The notes beneath the pieces are model-generated. The model was not told where the DNA came from and ran no database searches. It saw nothing but the letters and a program-made list of their open reading frames with translations. A DNA stretch of 64,000 nt, taken from contig NW_003314326.1 in assembly GCF_000143415.4 (NCBI RefSeq), forward strand, positions 941,609-1,005,608, given 5' to 3'. The translations under genes were made by a program, and so were the position numbers. The DNA comes from Selaginella moellendorffii (lineage: Eukaryota > Plantae > Lycopodiophyta). Position 1 is the first letter of the stretch. Each line of letters begins with the position of its first letter. Shown one piece after another: positions 34,291-45,048 of the stretch.

Positions 34291-35483
34291 TGGTATCGGA
34301 TTTCGACGATCCTGGTTGGTTGATTTGACGTTGCTGTCATGACCGCTTCAACCCCACCACCACCTCCGCCGCCCCCACCACCACCGCCGCTGCCGCCGCC
34401 ACCGGTCGTCTCTCACGATCTTCTAAATCGATATTTTACATAGTAACCCTGCCCTATTATATTGGCGGCGATCTGTGGAGAAATTCAGTGGCACGAATTT
34501 CTTCACATGGGCGACTGATCCTCTCTGCGAAACGAGCGTGGAACATCGTTGATGGGACTTCGCACGATCTTCGTGGCCCAAGCCGCAAATTCTTCCATGT
34601 TGCTGAATCAACAATTCTTGGCGCTTCACATGGAAACGGGTGAAACCATTGCTGTGTACGTGGGACGGATTCGAGGGCTAATGGCTGAATTGACTGGTGC
34701 TGGGTCTCCTGTCACGGACGATCGCGCCAGGGCGTTGCTGCTTGCAACCGTCACGCCTGCGTTTAGCACGCTCGCATCTGTACATGGCCATGAACTTTGA
34801 TCAAGTCGTGGGTGCCCTAATTGAATAGGAACGCAAGATGAAGGTCAGCCAAATCTTCCTTGCTTTATGCTGGCGCTGCGGGAGGATCATCCTCGTCCTC
34901 TCAAGCTCAGCCGAACGACACTGGTTTTCGTGGCATTTGTCACTATTGCCACAAATCTGGACACTTGGCGAGGGATTGCAAGAAGAAGAAAGCTGATCGT
35001 GCTAAAGCTGCCAAGAACAAAGACAAAGGAAACAAAGACAAGGGCTCTGGGACACCTCGTAAGCACTTGATGCCTCGCTCTGCAAGCAGCAGCCACCAGC
35101 CCGTGCTCGGACCAGAGCTGTGGCTGGATTCTGGAGCGTCATTCCATATGACGCCCATGGCTTCCTTGTTTTTTTGACTACCGAGAACCATGTGAGAGTG
35201 ACGCTGTGGGACTCGGTGACTCCTCTGCTCACGACGTACTAGGCAAAGGAACAATCAGGGTTCAGCTCTCTTCTGGAGAAATCCGGGAGATCTATCCTGT
35301 GTCTTATGTTCCAGGACTTACACACACGCTGCTGTCGATTGGAACTGCTGCTCAAGTAGTCTTCGATACTCTGTTCACAGCACAGGGAGCGTTCGTGCTG
35401 GATGCCGAGACTGGAGACAAGGTCGCTTTTGGAGTTCCAGTTGATACGCTCTACCGCCTGGATGCTCACGTGATCCTTCCACC

Positions 35484-36553
35484 CATGGTTGGTCCCGACC
35501 GTTCCGAACGCCGACCGGCCGACCGGCCGACCGTGGTTATCGACCGGCTGTGAAAATGCCGAACGGCCGAACGGTTCACAAAATTTTTTTGATAAAAAAA
35601 AAAACATTTTAAGTAAAACCATATTAATAAAAGTAGAAAAACCAAAGCATTAAACCAAACCAAACCAAACCAAACCATGGTATAGCATTCAAGAAAATGA
35701 ACTTTGATATCGCATCATCTAAGTTCATGTTTCTTGCATCATCAAGCATTTCCCCAATATTGCCATCTCGCATTCACTTTCGACCAATAGATGATCCTTC
35801 ATAGCCTATAGAAGCACTCATAGGCTGAGATTGACTAGCACTTTGTGTACCAGCTCCAGAAGCAGATGCCCCATCAAAATGTCTATTCTGTAGATTTGCT
35901 GTAGAAGGTAAAGACGAAAGGGCATTTGCAATTTGCTCCACAAACATTCGGCGAGCTTGGTTCTGAACATGAAGAGGAACATTTGAAGCACTACATACTT
36001 CAATATCACGCCCAGAAACTTTAGCAAGATGCGCCTTGATTCGTTTCGGCGGACCGCCATACATTTTACCACAATAATTACATTTCCAACGCCCAGCTCT
36101 TTTGCCGGAAGCATAAGGAGTGAGCTTGGTAACATGGGACCATGCCCAATCGGGCGCCATCACTCAATTGTGCCAGAATTGCTACGAATCTCTAGAATCA
36201 AATCTCTGAAATCACTGGAATTTCCATTTTAGGGCAAAAATTTCAAGCGTTGCGGACTGCGCGATTTGATTTGCGAGGCAGCGAGCTGCTCTGCTCCACA
36301 CTCAATCGAAAGCAGAGGCAGTGGTGATGGCAATCAAAAGCAGAGGCAGTGGTGATGGCAATCAAAAGCAGAGGCAGTGGTGGTGATGGCGATAGCCGCT
36401 GGAGCATCAGAAATCTAGCGCGATCACAATTTTTTTTTTTCACATTTTTTTTTTTGCCGAACAGAATACCGAACGGAGCTGTCCGACCGCGTTCGGCCGA
36501 CCGCGTTCGGCGGCGGTCGGAATGATGGCCAAACGCATTCGGGACCAACCATG
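35484..36553 (-). mobile_element. Internally deleted hAT DNA transposon nested in the Copia pol gene
   Basis: 15-bp TIRs CATGGTTGGTCCCGA / TCGGGACCAACCATG; 8-bp TSD CTTCCACC (35476-35483 and 36554-36561); subterminal CCGACCG motifs; BED zinc-finger ORF 35774-36163 (WSHV...WKCNYC...KAHL...C). Confidence 0.93.
36303..36391. repeat. 28-bp tandem repeat x3 inside the hAT element
   Basis: CAATCAAAAGCAGAGGCAGTGGTGATGG-like units at 36303, 36331 and 36359. Confidence 0.9.
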
Positions 36554-39384
36554 CTTCCACCTGTGGCGCTGATGGCTCGGGCTCCACCGACACTTGCAAC
36601 CTGGCACCAGCGCCGTGGTCACGTGAACGAGCAACAGCTAAAAAAGGTGGATGTTCCTGTGGCGCCTGGGAGCGCGCTGCCCTTTTGCGAAGCTTGTGTT
36701 GGTGGAAAACACCACGTTTTTCCTTTTCCACAGGTTTCTCATTCTCGAGCAAGTTCTGTTCTTGAGTTGGTACACTCGGACGTTTGTTCGATTGTGGTTG
36801 AATCTTTGGGAGGCAAACGTTACGTAGTCACCTTCCTGGATGATTACACGCGGTACCTGATCGTGTACCTGCTGGCTCACAAGTGAGAGGTGTTCTCCTG
36901 CTTTTGCCAATACAAGGCTTTGGTAGAAAATCTACACAGCTGTTTAGTTCATGTGCTCCGCTGTGATCGTGGAGGAGAATTCATCTCTGGAGAATTCGAG
37001 ACGTTTTGTGCTGAAGCTGGGGTCCAGCGCCAGTTTGCTGTCCCTGATGCTGCCCAGAATGGTGCTGCCGAGAGGGTGAATCGCACCATCATAGAAGCTG
37101 CGCTTCATGTGGGAATGCCGGCTGCTTTCTGGGGTGAGGCAGTTAACACGGCTGTTTATGTTCGAAACCGGTTGCCAACACGTGCCCTGCCTGGGAAGAC
37201 CACTCCTTATGAACTTTGACTGGTCACGCAGCTGGTTACGATCATCTCCGCATTTTTTGCTGTTTTGCCTACGCACACGTTCCACACAAGCAACGCTGAA
37301 AGCTGGAGTCAAAGGCTGAGCCATCCATTTTCCTGGGATATTTGGAAGGCATGAAAGGATATCGCCTTTATTCTCTCAAGCGCAAAACTTTGCTGGAAAG
37401 ATGGGATGTGCTCTTTGATGAGAGCAAGCTGTACAAGGATCTCTGCTGGTGGTAACGTGGTGGTTCCTCCAGCACTGCCACCACGCCCTCCAGCTACGCC
37501 TCTGCAAGAATCTCCTCCAGTGAGAACACCTAGCTTCTCTGAAGAGCTGATGAACACTTACTTCGAGGGCGACGAGGAATTTCAAGCTGCTCCTGAGTTC
37601 TTCCTCGGTTCATCTTCAGTGGGAGCTGGACGTGGATCATCACCTTCAGTGGGAGCTGGAAGCAGGTCGCCAACTTCAGTGGGAGCTCTCCCAGACTCTC
37701 CACTTGTTCCACCACCTGTGGTCCACCCTCCAGCACGTCCTGAACCTCGACGCTCTGCTCGAGTTCCCGTACCATTGCGGCTGCAACTGGAAGCTGAGCA
37801 ATCTCGTCCCTTCTTTAGTTTTGGAAAAATTAAAAAGAAAGGAACGCACCAGGCTAACTTCGTGGCTGCTAATCCAGGGCGAATCCCCATTCCAGCGAAT
37901 GTTGACGAGGCATTAGCTGTACCTCATGCTGCCCAGTGGCGAGAAGCCATGAATGCTGAAATGCATTCGCATGAGCGAAACAATACAATGACAAAGACAA
38001 CCTTACCTGAAGGTGCTCACCTTGAGAGCTCGAAATGGATTTACACAGTCAGATGGAACTGTAGCAAAGTTCAAGGCCAGGTTTGTCGCACGGGGATTCA
38101 GCCAGATTCCAGGTTTGGAATACATGGAGACGTACTCACCAGTTGTGAAGTTGACCTCTGTGCGAGTGATCCTTGCACTGGCTGCCAAGTACGACCTGGA
38201 ACTGCACCAGTTGGACGTTCGCACTGCTTTCCTGCACGGCAAGTTGAACGAGGAGGTCTACGTCACGCAACCACCTGGATTCGTCAAACCTGGTGAGGAA
38301 CATCTTGTTTGCAAGCTGAATCGCGCCCTGTATGGGCTTAAACAATCCCCGAGGGTTTGGTTTGAACGCATTGATGCGTTCTTCAAGAGCCTGGGGTGTG
38401 TTCCTCTTGCAGTGGAAGGAAACGTGTACCTGTACAAGAGTGGTGACGATTTTCTCCTGGTTGCTGTGTACGTTGACGACTGCATTCTCGGTGCAAAAAC
38501 CCGCCACCTGCTGGACGAGATGAAAAAGAAGCTGAGTGAAGAATTTGAGATGTCTGACCTGGGCGAGCTTCGCCATTTCCTTGGCATCCAAATTATACGC
38601 AATCGAGGAGCACGCACCTTGAGCTTGACACAAGCTCACTATGCAAGGGAGATCTTGGAACGCTTCCATATGCTGGAATGCTCTTCCCTGGCCACACCTC
38701 TTGAGGTCAATCACAAACTCAGCCGTGACATGGCCCCTGTCACAGAGGAAGAACGAGAGTACATGGCCACGGTGCCATATCGTCAAGCAGTGGGAAGTCT
38801 TGTTTATTTGATGCTGGGAACGCGACCAGATCTCGCCTATGCTCTTGGGATGGTCTCCCAGTTCCTCGAGAACCCCGGACCTGCGCATTGGCAAGCTTTC
38901 CGCTACGTTCGAGGTACCTTGCATTTGCAGCTTCACTATGGCGCTGCTGTGTCACAGGAACTTCATGGGTACTCTGGATGCGGACTGGGCGGGCGACCAG
39001 GACTCAAGGCGCTCTACCTCCGGGTATGCGTTCTTGCTCCATGGGGCTGCTGTGTCCTGGAGCAGTAAGCGCCAGCCGCTGGTGGCTCTGTCCTCGACAG
39101 AGGCAGAGTACATTGCCCTAACCGCTGCCACCCAGTTCTGCCGTGACCTGCCCCAGATTCCTGCTTGCACCGGCCCTATGGTGCTGTTCTCGGACAACCA
39201 ACGTGCTCTTGCACTGGCCGCCAATCCTCGCTTCCATTCTCGGACGAAACACATCGAGATTCGTTTCCACTACGTGCGGGAACAAGTCCAAAATGGAAAG
39301 TTGTTGCTGGAATATTGCCCCACCGAGGCAATGGTGGCTGATATACGTAGTCCATCCTCTCAGCTGATCGAGCCAGAGTGGGAG

Positions 39385-39476
39385 TGTCGAGATGTCAGTC
39401 TCGATCAGCTGACGTGGCACGTCCACGTGGCCCTTGAGTCGGGAGTGTTGTGTCCATCCCTTTTAACATCACAACA
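39385..39476 (+). repeat. 3' LTR (92 bp)
   Basis: Matches the 5' LTR and is followed by the TSD. Confidence 0.92.
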
Positions 39477-39783
39477 GTTTTGAGGGGTAAAAACAACAAA
39501 ATGTTTCATGGCAGCTTATTTTACAAGGTTGTTGCTCAGCAATAGATCCTTCACTAGTTTGAAATTTAGGCAAAGGAGATTCAAGGCTCAAAAGACTAGT
39601 TTTAAATGCAGGCAAAGGAGATTCAAAACTCAGATCATCAACTAATACCATATAGATACCAACATAGTCTCCGCAAAGACTGTTTGCTGTGTAGTTTCCA
39701 AGCCTTTATGGCATACCATCTTCTCTGGTTCACTGCTAACGTTTCCAGAGGAGTTTGAAACCATTGAGAAGCTCTTCGAGTTC

Positions 39784-40951
39784 TCAAATATTTGGAGCAC
39801 TAAAGGTACGACAATTGTGACAATCTCGCTTGAGAATGATTTCGTAAATCACACCGCTGTAAATGCCATCACCTGGGCTGGTTCTCGACACTTCCACCTC
39901 GCGCAACTCCAGGTTGTGCTCAGACGCCTCGTTAAAGAATGCTCGATCAGTGCTGAAAAAAGAAACAAAAGATTCAAGAAAACACAAAAAAAGAAGCAAA
40001 ACAACCTTTGTATGCGAGAGACGTAAGCAAGAAAAAACTTGCGGCAGTGGTGGTGTTGCAAAAGCTTGTTGACAGTCCTGATTAGCGGAGGAATGTTGCA
40101 TTGCTGGTAGCGTGATAGGATTTGTTCAAGGAGAAACTTGGAGTAAAAAAGCTTCCATCAAAAGGATATAAATGTCGGCTCCAAGGATGTAGTCAAATCC
40201 CTCCGGATGCTTGTCAAGGATGAGAGAGAGCTGTTCTTCATTCCCCCACTCAAGCTTTTCACAGGCAATCCCTGCAATGAGGGAAAAAAAAAAAAAACAA
40301 ACAAACAAACAAACGAGATCTCTCATATATCAGTGAGAAAGAACTCGAGAGAAACTCACGCGATAGCAACGCCGTGTCCTGCTGAAGCGCCACGTTTTTC
40401 CTCATGATCTAGCAGCGATCCCCAAACTTGTTTTAAGAAACCATGCATGGAAATTCCTGCCTTTAAAACGGTGTCATTGTGATCAGTCATGACGACTTTG
40501 CGGCAGCCAATCCTTCCACACAAAAGGCCAGTCACTCCTACAAACCATGAAAAAAATCAAGTGTTAGAAAAAAGAAAAAGAGAAAGAAGAGAAAACCATG
40601 CCAAGAACATCATACCAACACCAGAGCCCAGCTCAATGATCGAAGCTCCTTGAAAAATTTGGCTATGATCCACAATGTAATTGAGGAGAAGCTCGGTGCC
40701 AGGCCAGATTATCTGGCCAGTGAGGTCGTAATCCGCTGCGAGCTATCGCATTGAAAGAGAGGAACCGAGAGAGAAAGAACACACTCACTGGAAGAGCATT
40801 GTAGGCTGAGCACAGGAATGTCGTGATGGCCGATGGAAATGCGCTGCTCAACGTAGCTAGCAGTGGATGATAGAATCGATTAAATCCTAGTAGCTTACTT
40901 CTCGTCCAGGAACAGCGATCCAATACCTCCTCCATCGTCGTCCTCGTCCAT
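39784..40951 (-). CDS. Family-16 methyltransferase, copy 3
   Basis: Near-identical paralogue with splice sites kept. Confidence 0.8.
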
Positions 40952-41019
40952 CGCATGAGCCCTAAGAGAATAAGAATCTTACTCACAAAGATGCGCTAAA
41001 GCCCTAGGGGTTAGGGTTT

Positions 41020-42337
41020 ATGAATGGCGGCAAGATTTGGATGCTCGCGCGGCTATCGCGCATTGCACAGGTACCCAGCCGCGCCAGATCGATCGCCATG
41101 CAGCCGGTAGCTCAGGAATCCACCGAGGATGAGGCGGACGATCTTGCCGCTTGCTCCAATGCGGGCGTCTGGAGCTACAGGGATTTCGCGCAGATGCTCC
41201 ACTCTTCCTCCTCTTCCAGTCATTCGATCGAGGCGGCGCTGGGCAGGCTACGCCGGGAAATCTCCACTGACGCCGTGGTGACGATCTTCCAGTGCCTCAA
41301 GGACGCCGATCTCGCCTGGGAGCTCTTCCAGTGCCTCTCCTCCCCTCGATTCGGCTTCCAGCACAGCGTCCACACGGGGAACGCGCTCCTGGATGTGTTT
41401 GCCAGGACCAAGCGCCACAGGGAGGCCGGGAATCTCCTCAAGAACGAGCTCGCGACGATATTTCGGCCGGATGTGGAGACCTGGAACGTCCTCATCACCG
41501 GCTACTGCCTGGCTCGCGAGCCCGAGGAGGCATTCGCGGTTATTAGGGAGATGGAGGAGGATTACGGCGTGGCGCCGTCGCTCAAGACCCACAATCTCGT
41601 CCTCCACGGCCTGTGCAAGTCGGGCAAGGTCCTCGCGGCGATGGATCACTTCGAGACGGTGAGGAGATCCATGCCGGTGAGCGCTGCGACGTTCTCGATC
41701 CTCATCAATGGCCTCGTCAAGGCAGGTATGATGATCCAAGCTCACTCCCTCGCCGAGGAGACCACAACCAACGGCTGCACGATCGACATCCACACCTACA
41801 CCGCCATTGTGGACTGGCTGGCCAAGAACAAGAAGATCGAAGAGGCCGTGGCTCTGATGGAGAAGATCACTGCCAATGGGTGTACTCCCACCATCGCCAC
41901 CTACAACGCTCTCCTCAATGGTCTTTGCAAGATGGGACGCCTCGAAGAAGCCATTGATCTCCTTCGCAAGATCGTGGTCACTTACACCTCGCTCATTGAT
42001 GGCCTCGGCAAGGAGAAGCGATCCTTCGAAGCTTACAAGCTTTTCAAGGAGATGGCTTCGCGGGGACTGGCTCTCGATAGCGTCTGCTACACTGCTTTCA
42101 TCCGGGGACTCCTCCAGGCCGGGAAAATCCCGCAAGCTTCCTCGGTCTACAAGACGATGATGTCCCAAGGCTGCGTTCCCGACGTGGTAACTCTCAGCAC
42201 CATGATCGACGGCCTCTCCAAGGCCGGGAGGATTGGAGCGGCAGTCCGGTTCTTCAAATCGATGGAAGCTCGAGGCCTGGCTCCAAACGAGGTGGTGTAC
42301 AGCGCTCTCATCCACGGCCTGTGCAAGGCCAGGAAGA
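41020..42337 (+). pseudogene. PPR copy 4, 3'-truncated but with an open frame
   Basis: In-frame 24-nt deletion (DNGCTPDV lost); same TEX10 junction as copies 2 and 3. Confidence 0.8.
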
Positions 42338-43908
42338 GTACGTTCTTTCCCTTCCCCGCTCTTTCTATTTTATAAATTGATTTCGCCAGGAAAGTCAGGA
42401 CCGTAGAGAAACCCAAGCTCCCTCTGTTTCTGAGCAGTTCAGTAAGAAATGGCTGGTCTCATTTCCCAGGCTTCTTTGGGAGCTCAAGTGTAATCAACTT
42501 GCGTCTTCAAAGGTTTGTGTCAAGAGGCCATTGCCATTTAATCGCATTCGCATCGTAATGTTTCTCTTTCTTTTTCGCAGATTGTCCTAGAGATGCTACT
42601 CCGCCTTGGAAAGTTTGCAGTAGCTTTAGCAACAGATTTTGGAATGCTTCAATCGGCAATGATACCGTTTTTCTGCACTGTGTTGCCAGCCAAGGAAACG
42701 CCAGGTTCCGTTGCGTCTCCTAAATCTAGCAAAGAAACTGACTTTCCACATTCCAGACAAGTATTTGTACGGTCCGTTTATTAAGCTTCCTAGAGACTGC
42801 CAAGAGATTGCTGTACTACTTCAGCGGCTTCCAACCTTTCTTTCTCAAAGCACTGTTAGCTTGCTGTCTGTGTAAGTGCGCATTATGGCTTACATCTTCT
42901 AACCTGGAAAACCTCGACTCGCAGCTCCGAACATGGATCTGCAAACTTTGGTCCGCTTGTTGGAAGTGGTGCGAGTGTCCTTTGTTCAAGGTCGGGTTGA
43001 AGTTGCAAACTTTTCCAGTTTCCTTTTTACGCTGGTGGTGGAGTGCTCGCATGCACACGGTAAATATCTCCTTTTTTCTTGTCGGGCAATTTATAACTGC
43101 TGATACTCTTTTCAGAAACTGCTGAAGAGAGAAAGAAACACTGGATAATACTGGGTGTGGTGTCCCGTAGCCTATTCCAGATTGGAGATATCGACGTAGT
43201 TATGCATTTGTTGGCCAAGCCAATGTCCGAACATCTGGTGCGTAAGTTTTCACACCTTTTGCTGTTTCTAACAGTCAATTACAGTCGGCTCGGCCTTCCC
43301 CAATGTTGTTAGCTAGTTTACTAAAAATTGTGGCTACTCTGAGCCACGATGTGGAACATGTGGAGGTCCCTGAGTTGCTATTGAGCGTTCTGGTGGCGCA
43401 AACCGCGAGCTTTGCGGTCTCAAGACTTCTGGTATACACCCGCGTTTTATCATGTGTATGATAATCTGAATTGCAGGCTAAAGACCAAATGGTGATGGTT
43501 ATTGTTCGCAATGCGGTGGACTTAGTTTTCAAGAACAAGAGGTTTGCACAATCCTTGATGAAGGAATTAGCTCTGAATCTATCAGGTTCGTTTGTTATGT
43601 TCTTCTCTCTTACGTCTGAGTGTCTATTGTCTTCAGGTGGCAAAGATCAAGTTTATGCTGTGGGAATTTTGACGAACGAAATATGCAAGCAAAACGCGAT
43701 CCAGAAGCACCTCGAGTTTTCAGATGTTGGTGAGATATTTCGAGCAGTAAAGGTACGACTAGTATGAGAACTTCATGTTTCACATACACGTTGTTTTGTG
43801 TCACAGACAATTTTGAAGGAGGCACGCATGGACCAAGCTAAGTCCAAGCAGCTTTTCTACTTAGAGATCAGCATCCGACATGCGTTTGGATCGCAAGTCC
43901 TAGTTTAA
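42338..43908 (+). pseudogene. TEX10 3'-half duplicate
   Basis: Copy of 12305-13898; shares the 11-nt deletion with the 25483 copy. Confidence 0.9.
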
Positions 43909-44818
43909 GCTGTGGCAAAGAGCTCGGGCATTCCGTGGCTTTTGGGAATCCTGTGCTTGAGCTTTAATATTATCTGCCGCATCCTGGAAAGGTCAGTCGA
44001 TTTTCCGGGCTCGGCGATGGCGGCATCAGTTTTTTTCTTCTCCGCAGCCGGCTTGGTGGAGATTAGTTCTGAGACGGCACCCCAGTAATTTAGTGGTGCC
44101 CTCGCATGGAACTCTTCTCGGGACTCCAACGATACCTGCATGAGGAAGAGAGGTCAGTTTAAAACATAAAATCTATCTTCTTGACGACCTTTTCCTTCTC
44201 ACGATTTGCTTTTTTACTAGCTTCGACTTCGCGTTCCGTTTTGCAAAGAGCTCTCGTTTGTGCTCCTCGGCAGCGCAAAGAGTTTTTGCAAGCCTGTCCC
44301 TCTCGTCATTCTCCTTCGCTTCTAAAGCTAGCGCGTTTTTCCTGGCAAGAAACCGTAAGTGATTTTCTAAAAAGCTTCGTAGCGACTTACCTCTTCCATT
44401 CCAGGAATTTAAGATGTGATGGATCGAAGGTAGCTGTGGCGGTGCTGGTGCTGAAGATGTCCTGAGGATCATCAACGTCGTTTTTGTTTCTCTCGAGAAG
44501 ATCGTGAAGCTCCTGAACGCCACTGGTGGTGAAGCTCTTTTCGTTCAAGCCGCCGTCATCCTCGGCATCCCAGCGAGGATCAAGATCAAACGCCTCGGTG
44601 AAAGAAGCCGTCCGAATTGCCTCTACTTCTTCACTCACCTGGATCTTCTCCTCGTGCCTGTGCAACATGCTGATTGAAGGCGCTGCTCGCGACTGCTTCT
44701 CAAGGACATCGTACGTATCTTCCATGCATACGCTCGCCACGGTTGTGACAGTGATGCTCTCAAAGCTGTGACAGACAGACGGCGGTGCTCGTGGATCGAA
44801 CTCGCCATGGCGTTCCAT
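43905..44818 (-). pseudogene. Clathrin light chain copy 4, frameshifted
   Basis: 1-nt deletion at 44230/44231 in exon 2. Confidence 0.75.
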
Positions 44819-45048
44819 CGTAGCGTTTTCTACTCACTCAAACAGCTCCTCTTCCCGCGACCAAGAAGAAAACTGAATGTCTTTCTTGGCATGTTGGGCG
44901 AAGGAGAAGCTGATTAACGATATTAAATGGAAAGATAAACAACAACAATGATTCAGTTCGAGTTCTAAAACCATTTTCCCTTGTTAGATGACATTACAAG
45001 AATTACAAGAATTACAAGAACTTCGTGCAAGAAAATGGTGGTTACTGG

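Larger units (their letters stand above)
34191..39476 (+). mobile_element. Ty1/Copia LTR retrotransposon with both LTRs, degenerate coding region
   Basis: TG...CA LTRs; PBS TGGTATCGGA (tRNA-Met-like); purine-rich PPT AGAGTGGGAG; 5-bp TSD GTTTT (34186-34190 and 39477-39481); domain order CCHC knuckle, WLDSGAS protease, integrase, RT (YVDD), RNase H (DADWAG, STEAEY). Confidence 0.96.
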
